Source: Candidatus Altiarchaeota archaeon (GTDB taxonomy: Archaea; Altiarchaeota; Altiarchaeia; IMC4; SCGC-AAA252-I15). From it: DNA of 25,574 nucleotides. The DNA lies in assembly GCA_043804895.1 (NCBI GenBank), contig JAZDIN010000017.1, positions 1 to 25,574 of the forward strand, given 5' to 3'. The notes below the pieces were generated by a model, which was given only the letters and a program-made list of their open reading frames with translations, ran no database searches and was not told the DNA's origin. Positions 18,292-25,574 of the stretch are shown piece after piece. Every line of letters begins with the position of its first letter. The first letter of the stretch is position 1. Made by a program: the position numbers and the translations under genes.

Positions 18292-18591
18292 TCACCTTGC
18301 CACCCCCTCAGCCAAACCCTCTAAAACGGACTTCAAACCATCCAAATCCATCTTTTGGATTCGGATAGTCTTCCTCTTGGATTTTCCGCCCGCGACTATC
18401 TCACAAGCCCCGAACACTGGCTTAAGCAGTCTGACAACACATTTGTTTGCTTTGCCATTTTCCGCTGGCTTCGAGGTCTTAACCTTCACGACCCCGTCGA
18501 CGTACCTTACTGAATCCTCTTTTGCAGAGGCGGTCACATGCACGTCAAGAAAGACACCGTCTTTGGAAGCCCTGGCCGAAGGCGCATCCAC
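18292..18591 (-). CDS. DUF167 (YggU/UPF0235) family protein
   Basis: VHVTASAK...VKVK..PAENGKAN...IVAG.KS..K. Confidence 0.88.
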   Translation of the reverse strand: MDAPSARASKDGVFLDVHVTASAKEDSVRYVDGVVKVKTSKPAENGKANKCVVRLLKPVFGACEIVAGGKSKRKTIRIQKMDLDGLKSVLEGLAEGVAR

Positions 18592-18592
18592 T

Positions 18593-18856
18593 TTATACCG
18601 AATTGGCCCTTATGACCTCGTCCAGTACGCGTAGGAATGCGTTCTGCTGAGCCTCGTTCAGTGGCACACGTCCGCCTTCCTCGATTCTCAGGTCGTTGTT
18701 GTCTGCTACGATTACAAGAGCCCTTGAGACTGGCACGCCAAAAATCTTCTGAAGCTCTGCGTTATCGTTTAGGTCGCTTATTATGTTGTCCAGCACGTCC
18801 ATGTATATCCCAACCCTGTCTGGGTTGATAGGTGCTGGTTGCTCTTTGTCACCCAT
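18593..18856 (-). CDS. Hypothetical protein
   Basis: 87 aa; GAGGTGA RBS upstream; abuts the DUF167 gene. Confidence 0.75.
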   Translation of the reverse strand: MGDKEQPAPINPDRVGIYMDVLDNIISDLNDNAELQKIFGVPVSRALVIVADNNDLRIEEGGRVPLNEAQQNAFLRVLDEVIRANSV

Positions 18857-18923
18857 TTTTTCACCTCAAATTTTTGATATTGAATACCTTGAAGTATATT
18901 GGTTGCTGCTATTTAAAAGACCA

Positions 18924-20027
18924 TCATGTTACTATCTCATCCAGCCTCTTCAGCCTGGTCGCCTCCTTAATCTCCCTTGCAATCCTTTTGCCCATGTACA
19001 TCGGCTCGTCGTACATGAGGTACATGTAGGGGTTAGTGCCTATGAGGGCGTTGCAGCCTGCCACTATCCTGCTTGAAATCTCAAACGCGACTATCTCGAG
19101 GTTCTCCCTTATTATCGTCTCCATGCAGAAGGCTCCGATAAGCCCAGGCGGGGATATCCTCTTGCTTTCCCTCACAATCCGTTCTCCCATGTCAAAAACC
19201 TCATCCAACAGGGACTCCCTGAGGACCATCGGGAAGTTGCCGACTATGCTGAAGGACGGGCTGATCTCCTGCTCAAGCTGTTCTGGGACTGGAATCCTGA
19301 ACACCCCATCGACGCTGCTCTCATACCTCTTGTCAACGCCTAGGAACTCGGTCACACCCTTCAAGGGGCTGTGGAAGTAATGCGGGTAAACGTTGACTCC
19401 GATGATATACTCCTGGATGTAAGGGTTCCTAGCATCATCCTCTGTTATGAGCCCCTTTTTTAGCATCATCTTAATCTTCTTCTTGTACGCATCCTCGCTG
19501 TCGACGACAAAGTACCCCTTACCCCCCTTCGCCCCCGGGAATTTCACGAATGCGAGGTCTTTGATGTCCTTCGGCGAGTCGAATATCCTCGGAACCTTAA
19601 GCCCTGCTCCCCTCATCCACTCATGTTGTTTTATCCTGGAAGTCTCAACCTCAAGGAGCTTCCTGTTACCCATTATCGGGACTCTAAGCTCCTCCATCTC
19701 CTGCTGGTCAATGTAAGCGTTGAAGGAGCCGTGCGGTATCACAATGCTGTTCAACTTCCTCAGCTTCTCCTGAACCCTCTCAGATGTGATATCCTGTAGC
19801 TTATCCAAAATGATGTACTCATCCCCTAGGCCGAACCTACGATACAACTTATCACGGCCTTTAGCGCAGACACAGACCGTCCTGAAGCCCTCCTCCCGGG
19901 CTCCCTTGAAGATGTTCAACGCAGAATGGCTGCCGATAGTCGCGACCGTAATCCTCTTAGAATCATACCCCCTCAGAATCCGGCCCACCTCACCAACACC
20001 AACCATTAAAACATTATGGAAAGACAC
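18924..20027 (-). CDS. purP: FAICAR synthetase (formate-dependent, ATP-grasp)
   Basis: ATIGSHSALNI..GAREEGF; IPHGSF; GAKGGKGYF; DKRYES; VGNFP.VLRESLL; FEISSRIVAG; the start may be the internal MVGVG. Confidence 0.92.
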   Translation of the reverse strand: MSFHNVLMVGVGEVGRILRGYDSKRITVATIGSHSALNIFKGAREEGFRTVCVCAKGRDKLYRRFGLGDEYIILDKLQDITSERVQEKLRKLNSIVIPHGSFNAYIDQQEMEELRVPIMGNRKLLEVETSRIKQHEWMRGAGLKVPRIFDSPKDIKDLAFVKFPGAKGGKGYFVVDSEDAYKKKIKMMLKKGLITEDDARNPYIQEYIIGVNVYPHYFHSPLKGVTEFLGVDKRYESSVDGVFRIPVPEQLEQEISPSFSIVGNFPMVLRESLLDEVFDMGERIVRESKRISPPGLIGAFCMETIIRENLEIVAFEISSRIVAGCNALIGTNPYMYLMYDEPMYMGKRIAREIKEATRLKRLDEIVT

Positions 20028-20117
20028 AAATTTAAGGATGTTATAAAACTGTCCCAGGCAAAATACACCCCTCTAACGGCCTTTTGCACTTATTAGAAGG
20101 GCATTCCCAGTTTACTA

Positions 20118-21059
20118 ATGATGGAGAAGCGTATAACTGGAAGGGAAGCTAAGAAAGAGGATGACAGCAGTGAATTAGGTATTTTAGAACAGTCTATGAG
20201 AAAAATTAGGCTTTATGGCCCGACCGGAAGGAGAATACTCAAAATATATGAGACTTCCTCTAAGGATGGTGAAACGCGGGTGACTTATAATGTCTATGGT
20301 GGTAACGTTTCCTTAAACCCTGAAAGATACCCTATTTATGCTCAGTATGCTCGTTCACCAACTCAAATGGCCATCCGCTCGTGTATGGTGGATGCTGCTG
20401 TAAAATACTTCAAAAGCAAAGGAGCCACGCATCTAGATTGTCTTGATGCTGGTTTTGGGACTGGGGCAGTGGCCGAATCTTTTATTGAAGTCGGAAAAAA
20501 ATTGGGCGCCTCGGTGACTGTTATTGGGGTGGATAACTCAGAAGAGATGTTCAGAAAAGCAAGACAAACTTTTTCTAAGAATCCAGCGGTCAAAGTCTTT
20601 AAAGATGATATCCTGGATTTATCCGAACTTGACGCAGAATCGATTGACATAATAGCGTGTAATGCAACAATCCACCACCTGAAAGGAGATAAAAAACTAG
20701 CAGCATTGTCTAGGTTCCGGCGTGTGCTCAAGCCAGGGGGCCTTCTACTCCTTGGGGAGTACGATGTAGATGCTGAACCGTCAATAATTTATGGTCCGGA
20801 TGGTCGTCCTGCATTAGAAGAACAACGTCGTGAAAATATTATACGAGTATGTGATGGCGTATATGAAGAAGTCAAGAGTGGGTTTGGTGCTGAGACGTCT
20901 ATGCGAATGGACATAACCACAGACGATGCAATTGATGGTGTTACTGAATATCCAAAGAGTTCCAGATGGTGGCTGGAAGCCCTAAAGGATGATGGGTTCA
21001 AAAAACCAGAAATCGTCAAAACTATCAACGGCATGGTCGTGATAAAAGCCGAAAAATAG
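20118..21059 (+). CDS. Class I SAM-dependent methyltransferase
   Basis: LDAGFGTG motif I; GVDNSEEM; IHHL; RVLKPGGLLLL. Confidence 0.85.
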   Translation: MMEKRITGREAKKEDDSSELGILEQSMRKIRLYGPTGRRILKIYETSSKDGETRVTYNVYGGNVSLNPERYPIYAQYARSPTQMAIRSCMVDAAVKYFKSKGATHLDCLDAGFGTGAVAESFIEVGKKLGASVTVIGVDNSEEMFRKARQTFSKNPAVKVFKDDILDLSELDAESIDIIACNATIHHLKGDKKLAALSRFRRVLKPGGLLLLGEYDVDAEPSIIYGPDGRPALEEQRRENIIRVCDGVYEEVKSGFGAETSMRMDITTDDAIDGVTEYPKSSRWWLEALKDDGFKKPEIVKTINGMVVIKAEK

Positions 21060-21068
21060 AAACAACTC

Positions 21069-22226
21069 CTAGGTCACGATATCCTTTAATCTATTCTGTT
21101 CCACGGCGTCTCTGACCATTCTAGCGGTCCTTCTGCCAGTGCTCATGTTTGTGCGCCAGAGGCTGTTTGCGTATGGGTGGCCTACTGCGACGTGGACGTT
21201 GGTTCCGCCTCCGATTCTGGGGGCGACGTCGTATATGTGGAAGTTTAGGTCTTTGTCAACGCAGGTTTGTAGGCAGTATGCTCCGATGATTCCTGGGCTG
21301 TAGTGTTCCTGTGTGGCTTTCACATACTTCTCGGCGAGTTCGAACGCATTCTCAAGAAGCGATTCCCTGAGTGTGGAGGAGTTGTGGCCGCAGACGGTGT
21401 ATTCCGGAATCTCCTGGGCTGTCCCGGATAGGCTCATCTGCTGTGGCGCAGGCAATCTGACGTGGCCGTCCAAGCTAGTCTCAAACCTCCAGTCCACACC
21501 CAAGAGCTCGATTTTCGGCAGCTCCTCTTCCAAGGGATTGTAGAAGAAGTCGAGGTTGAATACCGGGCCGATGACGTATTTTTCAATTCTCGCTGAGGCG
21601 AGGTCTTCTTTCGTTATTACTCCTCCCCTGACGAGGTCGTTTGCCTTCCTCTTGTATTCGCTTTGGCTTGAAGCTGTGAAGAAGCCGCGCTCAAGTTTCT
21701 TCTTTGCGTGGTGTAGTTTGATTATGCAAAGCTCGTCGATGTCCTTCGGGTCTTGGACTTTCTCAGGGAACGGGAGGCCAGCTTTTTCCAACAGCCAATA
21801 GTAGTCCTGTTTGCCGCCGCGTTCCTCAGTCCTTAGCATGTTCCTTGAGCCGACGATGGGAACCTTAAAACCGTCTTCGATGACGCCCATGCTTATGTAA
21901 GAACTGAACGAGCGGTTCGGGACGAAGAGGACGCTTTTGGTCCTCATCTTCTCCTGCTCTCCCTCCTCAACCATCTGGCTGAACTTACCGTAGGTCTTGG
22001 CCTCATCAACCACCCCCCTCACAACCTTCCCCTCAACCCTTTTCGACTTGAAGTACTGTGTGTAAGTCCTCTCTCTCCCCCTTTGGCAGTACAGCACGGT
22101 ACGGAAACCCTCCTCAACCGCCCCCTCAGCCACATCCAAGGCCGAATGCGAGGCCAAGACTCCAATTCTCAGATTACTATTATCATATTCTTCTATGATA
22201 CCCCAAATGGTTTCCCTATCAATCAT
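21069..22226 (-). CDS. PurP-like paralog (ATP-grasp, second subfamily)
   Basis: ASHSALDV..GA.EEGF; VPNRSF; LERGFF; DWRFETSLDG; LRESLL; DVAPRIGGGTN. Confidence 0.9.
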   Translation of the reverse strand: MIDRETIWGIIEEYDNSNLRIGVLASHSALDVAEGAVEEGFRTVLYCQRGRERTYTQYFKSKRVEGKVVRGVVDEAKTYGKFSQMVEEGEQEKMRTKSVLFVPNRSFSSYISMGVIEDGFKVPIVGSRNMLRTEERGGKQDYYWLLEKAGLPFPEKVQDPKDIDELCIIKLHHAKKKLERGFFTASSQSEYKRKANDLVRGGVITKEDLASARIEKYVIGPVFNLDFFYNPLEEELPKIELLGVDWRFETSLDGHVRLPAPQQMSLSGTAQEIPEYTVCGHNSSTLRESLLENAFELAEKYVKATQEHYSPGIIGAYCLQTCVDKDLNFHIYDVAPRIGGGTNVHVAVGHPYANSLWRTNMSTGRRTARMVRDAVEQNRLKDIVT

Positions 22227-22275
22227 CTTCCTCTTAAGCTATTGGCTTACAGCCTAAAAATCTCCCAACAGGCCA

Positions 22276-22290
22276 TGTAGTGCCTAACTC
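22276..22290 (-). repeat. Dispersed repeat copy 4 (TGTAGTGCCTAACTC)
   Basis: 15/15 identical to 13167-13181; lies just downstream of the DUF2723 stop. Confidence 0.85.
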
Positions 22291-22305
22291 CTCTTCCGGA
22301 ATACA

Positions 22306-24441
22306 TCACACTGTCTCAGTCTTATTGGTTTTTATCTCAGCGATCTTCCCTGCGATATCCCCTGCTTTCGGGTCGCCTGGGTTAAGTTTCAGATACTCCC
22401 CCCACACTAGCGCAGCCTCATCAGGCTTTCCGGTGTTGTAGTAAACCAATCCTAAGTCGAAGTATGCCTTGGCATAACTGGGGTCAGTCATTATAGCCTG
22501 CTTATACTGTCCAACAGCGTCATCGTATCTGCCCAGGTCAACTAGCAAAACAGCCAAATTAGTCCTAGCCTTAAGGTACGTGGGGTCCAACTTCAAAGCC
22601 TTAAGATATTCCGTCCCTGCAGCATCCCTATCACCCTTAAGTGCATAGGTGTATCCCATGTTATTATGGACTTTTACGCTGTTGGGGTCAATCTCTAGTG
22701 CCTTCTTGAACTCTCCGATGGCATCATCATACTTGCCTTCTCCAATGAGCAAATTCCCCAAATCATACCTTACTTCAACACTGTCAGGGATTATGCTAAC
22801 AACCTCCCTCAAAAGCTTTTCAGCCACGGTCTTGTTTGTGTCAAAATACCTGTCAGCAAGCCTAAGATAATACACTGACCTGATGTCCCTGCTCATATAA
22901 TCTAAGTAGATGCTCGCATTCCACACCTGCCTGAAGTCGTATAGCATCCAATAGTTCCTGTCAGGTAGACTCTCGCCAGCTCCAACGACCCGGTACAAGA
23001 GCCCCGTCTGCCTGAAGATATACCCCTCAAATACCGTATCTGGCTTGCTCGTATAATACACCGGCCCCCCCCTCTCTATAACATTCAACTCTACAGCCTT
23101 CCTCCTCTTCTCATGAGTCTCCTCACTAAGCCAAACATAATCGTCACCATAAAGGCTGTGACTTAAAAGGCCGTTCTCCTCGTACATCGTAACGTCAGGC
23201 CTTACCTTCTCTACGAGGAGCAAGTAGTTGAGAGGCATAACCTCGTTATCCCCTTTGGCGAATATCACCGCATCTTGATCGACAGTCCTCAGAATGTTCA
23301 TCCCATAATCGTACGCCAGCAGGTTCCCTGACTTGTCGCTCACATAATAGTTGGAGGAAATGATCAAGGCCGCGACTGCCGCGGAGGCTGCATATTGTAG
23401 TCTAACGTCCTTCGACCAACTCCTCAACCACTTGAAAAGTTCCGTGAAACCGAACCCAGACCAGACGCCGAGCACGATGATGCTTGGTATGCAGAATGTC
23501 GTAATCTCAAGCGAGACGTCATTCAGAAACAGGGCATACGCCAAATCCGCTGCAACCATAAGCGCCGTGTAGTTAAGGAAGACGCGATTCTTCCTCCAGT
23601 GTCTGTAAAACCCAACCAACACGAGCACACCAGCCACTGAAAACTGCTGCAGATAGTGGTAAATGAGGCCCACAAACCTGGTAAAAATATCAGAAGCCGT
23701 GAGTGTGAGGACATATGTCCTCCTATGCACTGAACCCGTGACATGGTTGATGAACCGTCCGACAGTGTTCGGATTCCCCCAATTGTAGACCGGATTGCTC
23801 AAGGCACTCAAAGGCAAATACAAGTACAACAGCAAAGGCGCAAGAAAAGATGCTGCAAGCAGCCTCAAATCAACCTTACCCCAAACTCTCCTATTCCCAG
23901 ATAATGCAAGATACACGAACGCTGGCAGGTAAAGGGCGATAGAGATATGGTTCGCCAGACCTAACCCGAAAACCAAAGCAATGTAAAACAAACCCATACC
24001 CCCCCTATCCTCCCTCCACCTTAAGGTCAGCCACAACAACAGCGCCACAAAAAAACCGTTAATACTATACGCCTCAGCGACAGTAGCCTGATCCCACAAC
24101 GCCATGGAAAAGGCAACCAACAATCCCCCCCCAAAACCAGCAGCCCAAGATTTAGTCAGAATCCTAATGCTCAAACACACCAACATCGCGGCCGCGGCGG
24201 CGAACACAGCGCTCATGAGATTATACCTGTAAGCCACAGAACCGACAGGAAGAAGAGAAAAAACCCTCCCAACCACCATGTATAACGGGTAGCCCGTGGG
24301 GTGGGCTACACCGAACGTGTAAGAGGCAGTAATGAAATCCCCACTATCTCCATTATACACTGTAGGGCACAATGTCAGCACATAAAAAAACAACGACGCA
24401 GCAAAAACAACCAAAACAGCGGCCCTACCACCCAAATCCAT
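22306..24441 (-). CDS. DUF2723 (TMEM260-like GT-C glycosyltransferase) with C-terminal TPR repeats
   Basis: GDSGDF; VAHPTGYPLY; AEAYS; GLANH; YLPL; NWGNP; GDN; multiple TM segments; about four TPR repeats. Confidence 0.88.
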   Translation of the reverse strand: MDLGGRAAVLVVFAASLFFYVLTLCPTVYNGDSGDFITASYTFGVAHPTGYPLYMVVGRVFSLLPVGSVAYRYNLMSAVFAAAAAMLVCLSIRILTKSWAAGFGGGLLVAFSMALWDQATVAEAYSINGFFVALLLWLTLRWREDRGGMGLFYIALVFGLGLANHISIALYLPAFVYLALSGNRRVWGKVDLRLLAASFLAPLLLYLYLPLSALSNPVYNWGNPNTVGRFINHVTGSVHRRTYVLTLTASDIFTRFVGLIYHYLQQFSVAGVLVLVGFYRHWRKNRVFLNYTALMVAADLAYALFLNDVSLEITTFCIPSIIVLGVWSGFGFTELFKWLRSWSKDVRLQYAASAAVAALIISSNYYVSDKSGNLLAYDYGMNILRTVDQDAVIFAKGDNEVMPLNYLLLVEKVRPDVTMYEENGLLSHSLYGDDYVWLSEETHEKRRKAVELNVIERGGPVYYTSKPDTVFEGYIFRQTGLLYRVVGAGESLPDRNYWMLYDFRQVWNASIYLDYMSRDIRSVYYLRLADRYFDTNKTVAEKLLREVVSIIPDSVEVRYDLGNLLIGEGKYDDAIGEFKKALEIDPNSVKVHNNMGYTYALKGDRDAAGTEYLKALKLDPTYLKARTNLAVLLVDLGRYDDAVGQYKQAIMTDPSYAKAYFDLGLVYYNTGKPDEAALVWGEYLKLNPGDPKAGDIAGKIAEIKTNKTETV

Positions 24442-24477
24442 CTTATAAAATAAGCAGACCAGGCCTATAAAACCCGA

Positions 24478-24666
24478 CTAACGCCTCTCATCCCAGTTGA
24501 AAATATTCCTCCCCTTCAACACCCTCTCAACATCCTGGTGAGATCTCACATCCACATTCCCGTGGAACCTACTATTAACCCCCGAAACCATCTCACCCAC
24601 ACACAACCTGAACTTATTCGCTGCAATAAACTTCAACTCCTGATAAGCCCACATCCTACCATCCAT
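24478..24666 (-). CDS. Small hypothetical protein (62 aa)
   Basis: MDGRMWAYQELKF...; same strand and G-rich coding bias as the neighbouring gene; no family recognised. Confidence 0.45.
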   Translation of the reverse strand: MDGRMWAYQELKFIAANKFRLCVGEMVSGVNSRFHGNVDVRSHQDVERVLKGRNIFNWDERR

Positions 24667-24782
24667 ATAAGGCAAAAAATAACACAACAAACCTTAAAAA
24701 CACACAACAAACTCTTTTATCATCGAAAACGCAGAACACCCCTGCATTGATGTAGGGGATAAATGCGATAATCCGCGTTTTC

Positions 24783-24870
24783 GTGACGCGACCTAGCCCA
24801 CAGGCTAGGGCGTGTGTCTGAGCTTTGCTCAGCCACATAAATACCCCAGCCTAGGGCTGGGGAATATTTA
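24783..24870 (-). mobile_element. IS200/IS605-like non-autonomous palindromic element
   Basis: Three hairpins: CCTAGCC/GGCTAGG (24792-24809), CTGAGC-TTT-GCTCAG and CCCCAGCC-TAG-GGCTGGGG (24844-24862); the minus strand ends ..GGTCGCGTCAC, like an IS200/IS605 right end. Confidence 0.5.
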
Positions 24871-24904
24871 TCCTAAGCCTGCCTTAATGATATGCCAATA
24901 ACAT

Positions 24905-24943
24905 GGGCCTGTAGCCTAGTGGATAAGGCGACAGCCTTCTAAG
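24905..24943 (+). tRNA. tRNA-Arg(UCU) 5' half only
   Basis: Acceptor GGGCCTG, TA, D arm GCCT-AGTGGATA-AGGC, G, anticodon stem ACAGC, loop CT-TCT-AA (anticodon 24938-24940); no T arm or exact CAGGCCC found nearby. Confidence 0.8.
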
Positions 24944-25200
24944 AACCTTCTAAGGTTCCAAGAAAGCGCCAATAGGCGCTTTCAGGATGCTGTCAGGCTA
25001 ATAAGCCTGACTTGCATCACGAATGAGCCGTCTTCGACGGCTCTGAGCGGGGAAAAGAAGGCTCCAAAAGAGGATAAGGTTTTTCTTTTGGGGATGAAAC
25101 ACCTTTTCTTTCGAAAAGAAAAGGGGTTCCTGAGCCATTTCGGCGTCCCCGAAGGGGACGGCACTTTGTGGGACATGCCGCTTCGCTTCAGCCCCGGATG
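24943..25200 (+). ncRNA. Multi-hairpin structured element following the tRNA half (intron-like)
   Basis: At least seven hairpins, e.g. 24962-24983, 24986-25018, 25025-25043, 25064-25091, 25102-25124, 25144-25160, plus long-range AGCGG/CCGCT and GGCTC/GAGCC pairings. Confidence 0.65.
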
Positions 25201-25256
25201 TGGGACCTTTTCCTTTTAAAAAAGGGGTTAATATATGTTGTTTTCTTTATTTTTAT

Positions 25257-25574
25257 ATGCGTTGGCGTTTTTTGCTGCTGTTTTTGCTTGGCGTTGCGAT
25301 TATGCTCGGCGTGTTCGCTTACAGCGGTCCTGAGGAGGTCGTCAGGAGTTTGCTGAATTTTAATTTCCAGTATTTTATGGTGTTGCTTGGCTTGCAGGGT
25401 TTCCTCATGTTTTTGTGGGCGGTGAAGTGGCGCGTGGTATTGCGGCATTCCAAGGTTTCTTTCAGGAATGTTTTGCTGGTGTCGTTTGCAGGCTATTTTG
25501 CCAACAATCTTACACCGGTGAACATGGCTGGCGGAGAGCCCTTGATGGCTTACCTGCTTCCTAAGGTTGACAGG
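25257..25574 (+). CDS. Lysylphosphatidylglycerol synthase TM / UPF0104 flippase-like protein (5' part, runs off window)
   Basis: Manual translation MRWRFLLLFLLGVAIMLGVFAYSGPEEV...WAVKWRVVL...GYFANNLTPVNMAGGEPLMAYLL; N.LTP...GGEP motif. Confidence 0.85.
   Translation, partial: MRWRFLLLFLLGVAIMLGVFAYSGPEEVVRSLLNFNFQYFMVLLGLQGFLMFLWAVKWRVVLRHSKVSFRNVLLVSFAGYFANNLTPVNMAGGEPLMAYLLPKVDR

Noticed and set aside
7818-22290. Integron attC sites (the repeat contains GTTAGGC = GTTRRRY)
   Set aside because: No paired RYYYAAC...GTTRRRY inverted arms at any locus, no integrase, and the flanking genes are housekeeping.
24988-24995. GCTGT near 24989 as the 3' exon after a short canonical tRNA intron
   Set aside because: No GAAG central BHB helix precedes it, no T arm follows, and it is sequestered in hairpin 24986-25018.
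24943-25200. Group I intron, SRP RNA or RNase P RNA
   Set aside because: I could not find their conserved core motifs by eye; an Infernal/Rfam search is still needed.
441-25448. Numerous antisense or overlapping ORFs in the track (e.g. 5422-6009, 10859-11455, 17118-17651, 24982-25176, 25188-25448)
   Set aside because: They are shadows of well-supported genes or structured RNA on the opposite strand, with no recognisable motifs.

Overview
Archaeal chromosomal housekeeping region. The archaeal markers are TiaS, GatD, two PurP paralogs, archaeal DnaG, deoxyhypusine synthase and GAGGTGA-type RBSs. The gene mix would fit a DPANN-affiliated lineage such as Altiarchaeota, but that is inference only. 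Core genes: tiaS, gatD, tsaC, nadC, nadX, class II RNR (nrdJ) with cobO, Nfu, dhs, a B12 radical SAM enzyme, a protease-less LonB-type ATPase, dnaG, two purP paralogs and a DUF2723/TPR glycosyltransferase. Several small ORFs missing from the track were found: an RHH protein, a Zn finger, a Cys-rich microprotein and a partial flippase. The most interesting signals are non-coding. (1) An AT-rich array of six 13-bp iteron-like repeats lies directly upstream of an AAA+/winged-helix gene and an RHH gene, a candidate non-canonical replication-initiation or DNA-binding module. (2) A tRNA-Arg(UCU) 5' half runs into a ~255-nt multi-hairpin element, with no 3' exon in the window. (3) A three-way-junction RNA precedes dnaG. 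(4) A dispersed 14-bp motif sits at gene 3' ends. (5) Two IS200/IS605-like palindromic remnants are present.
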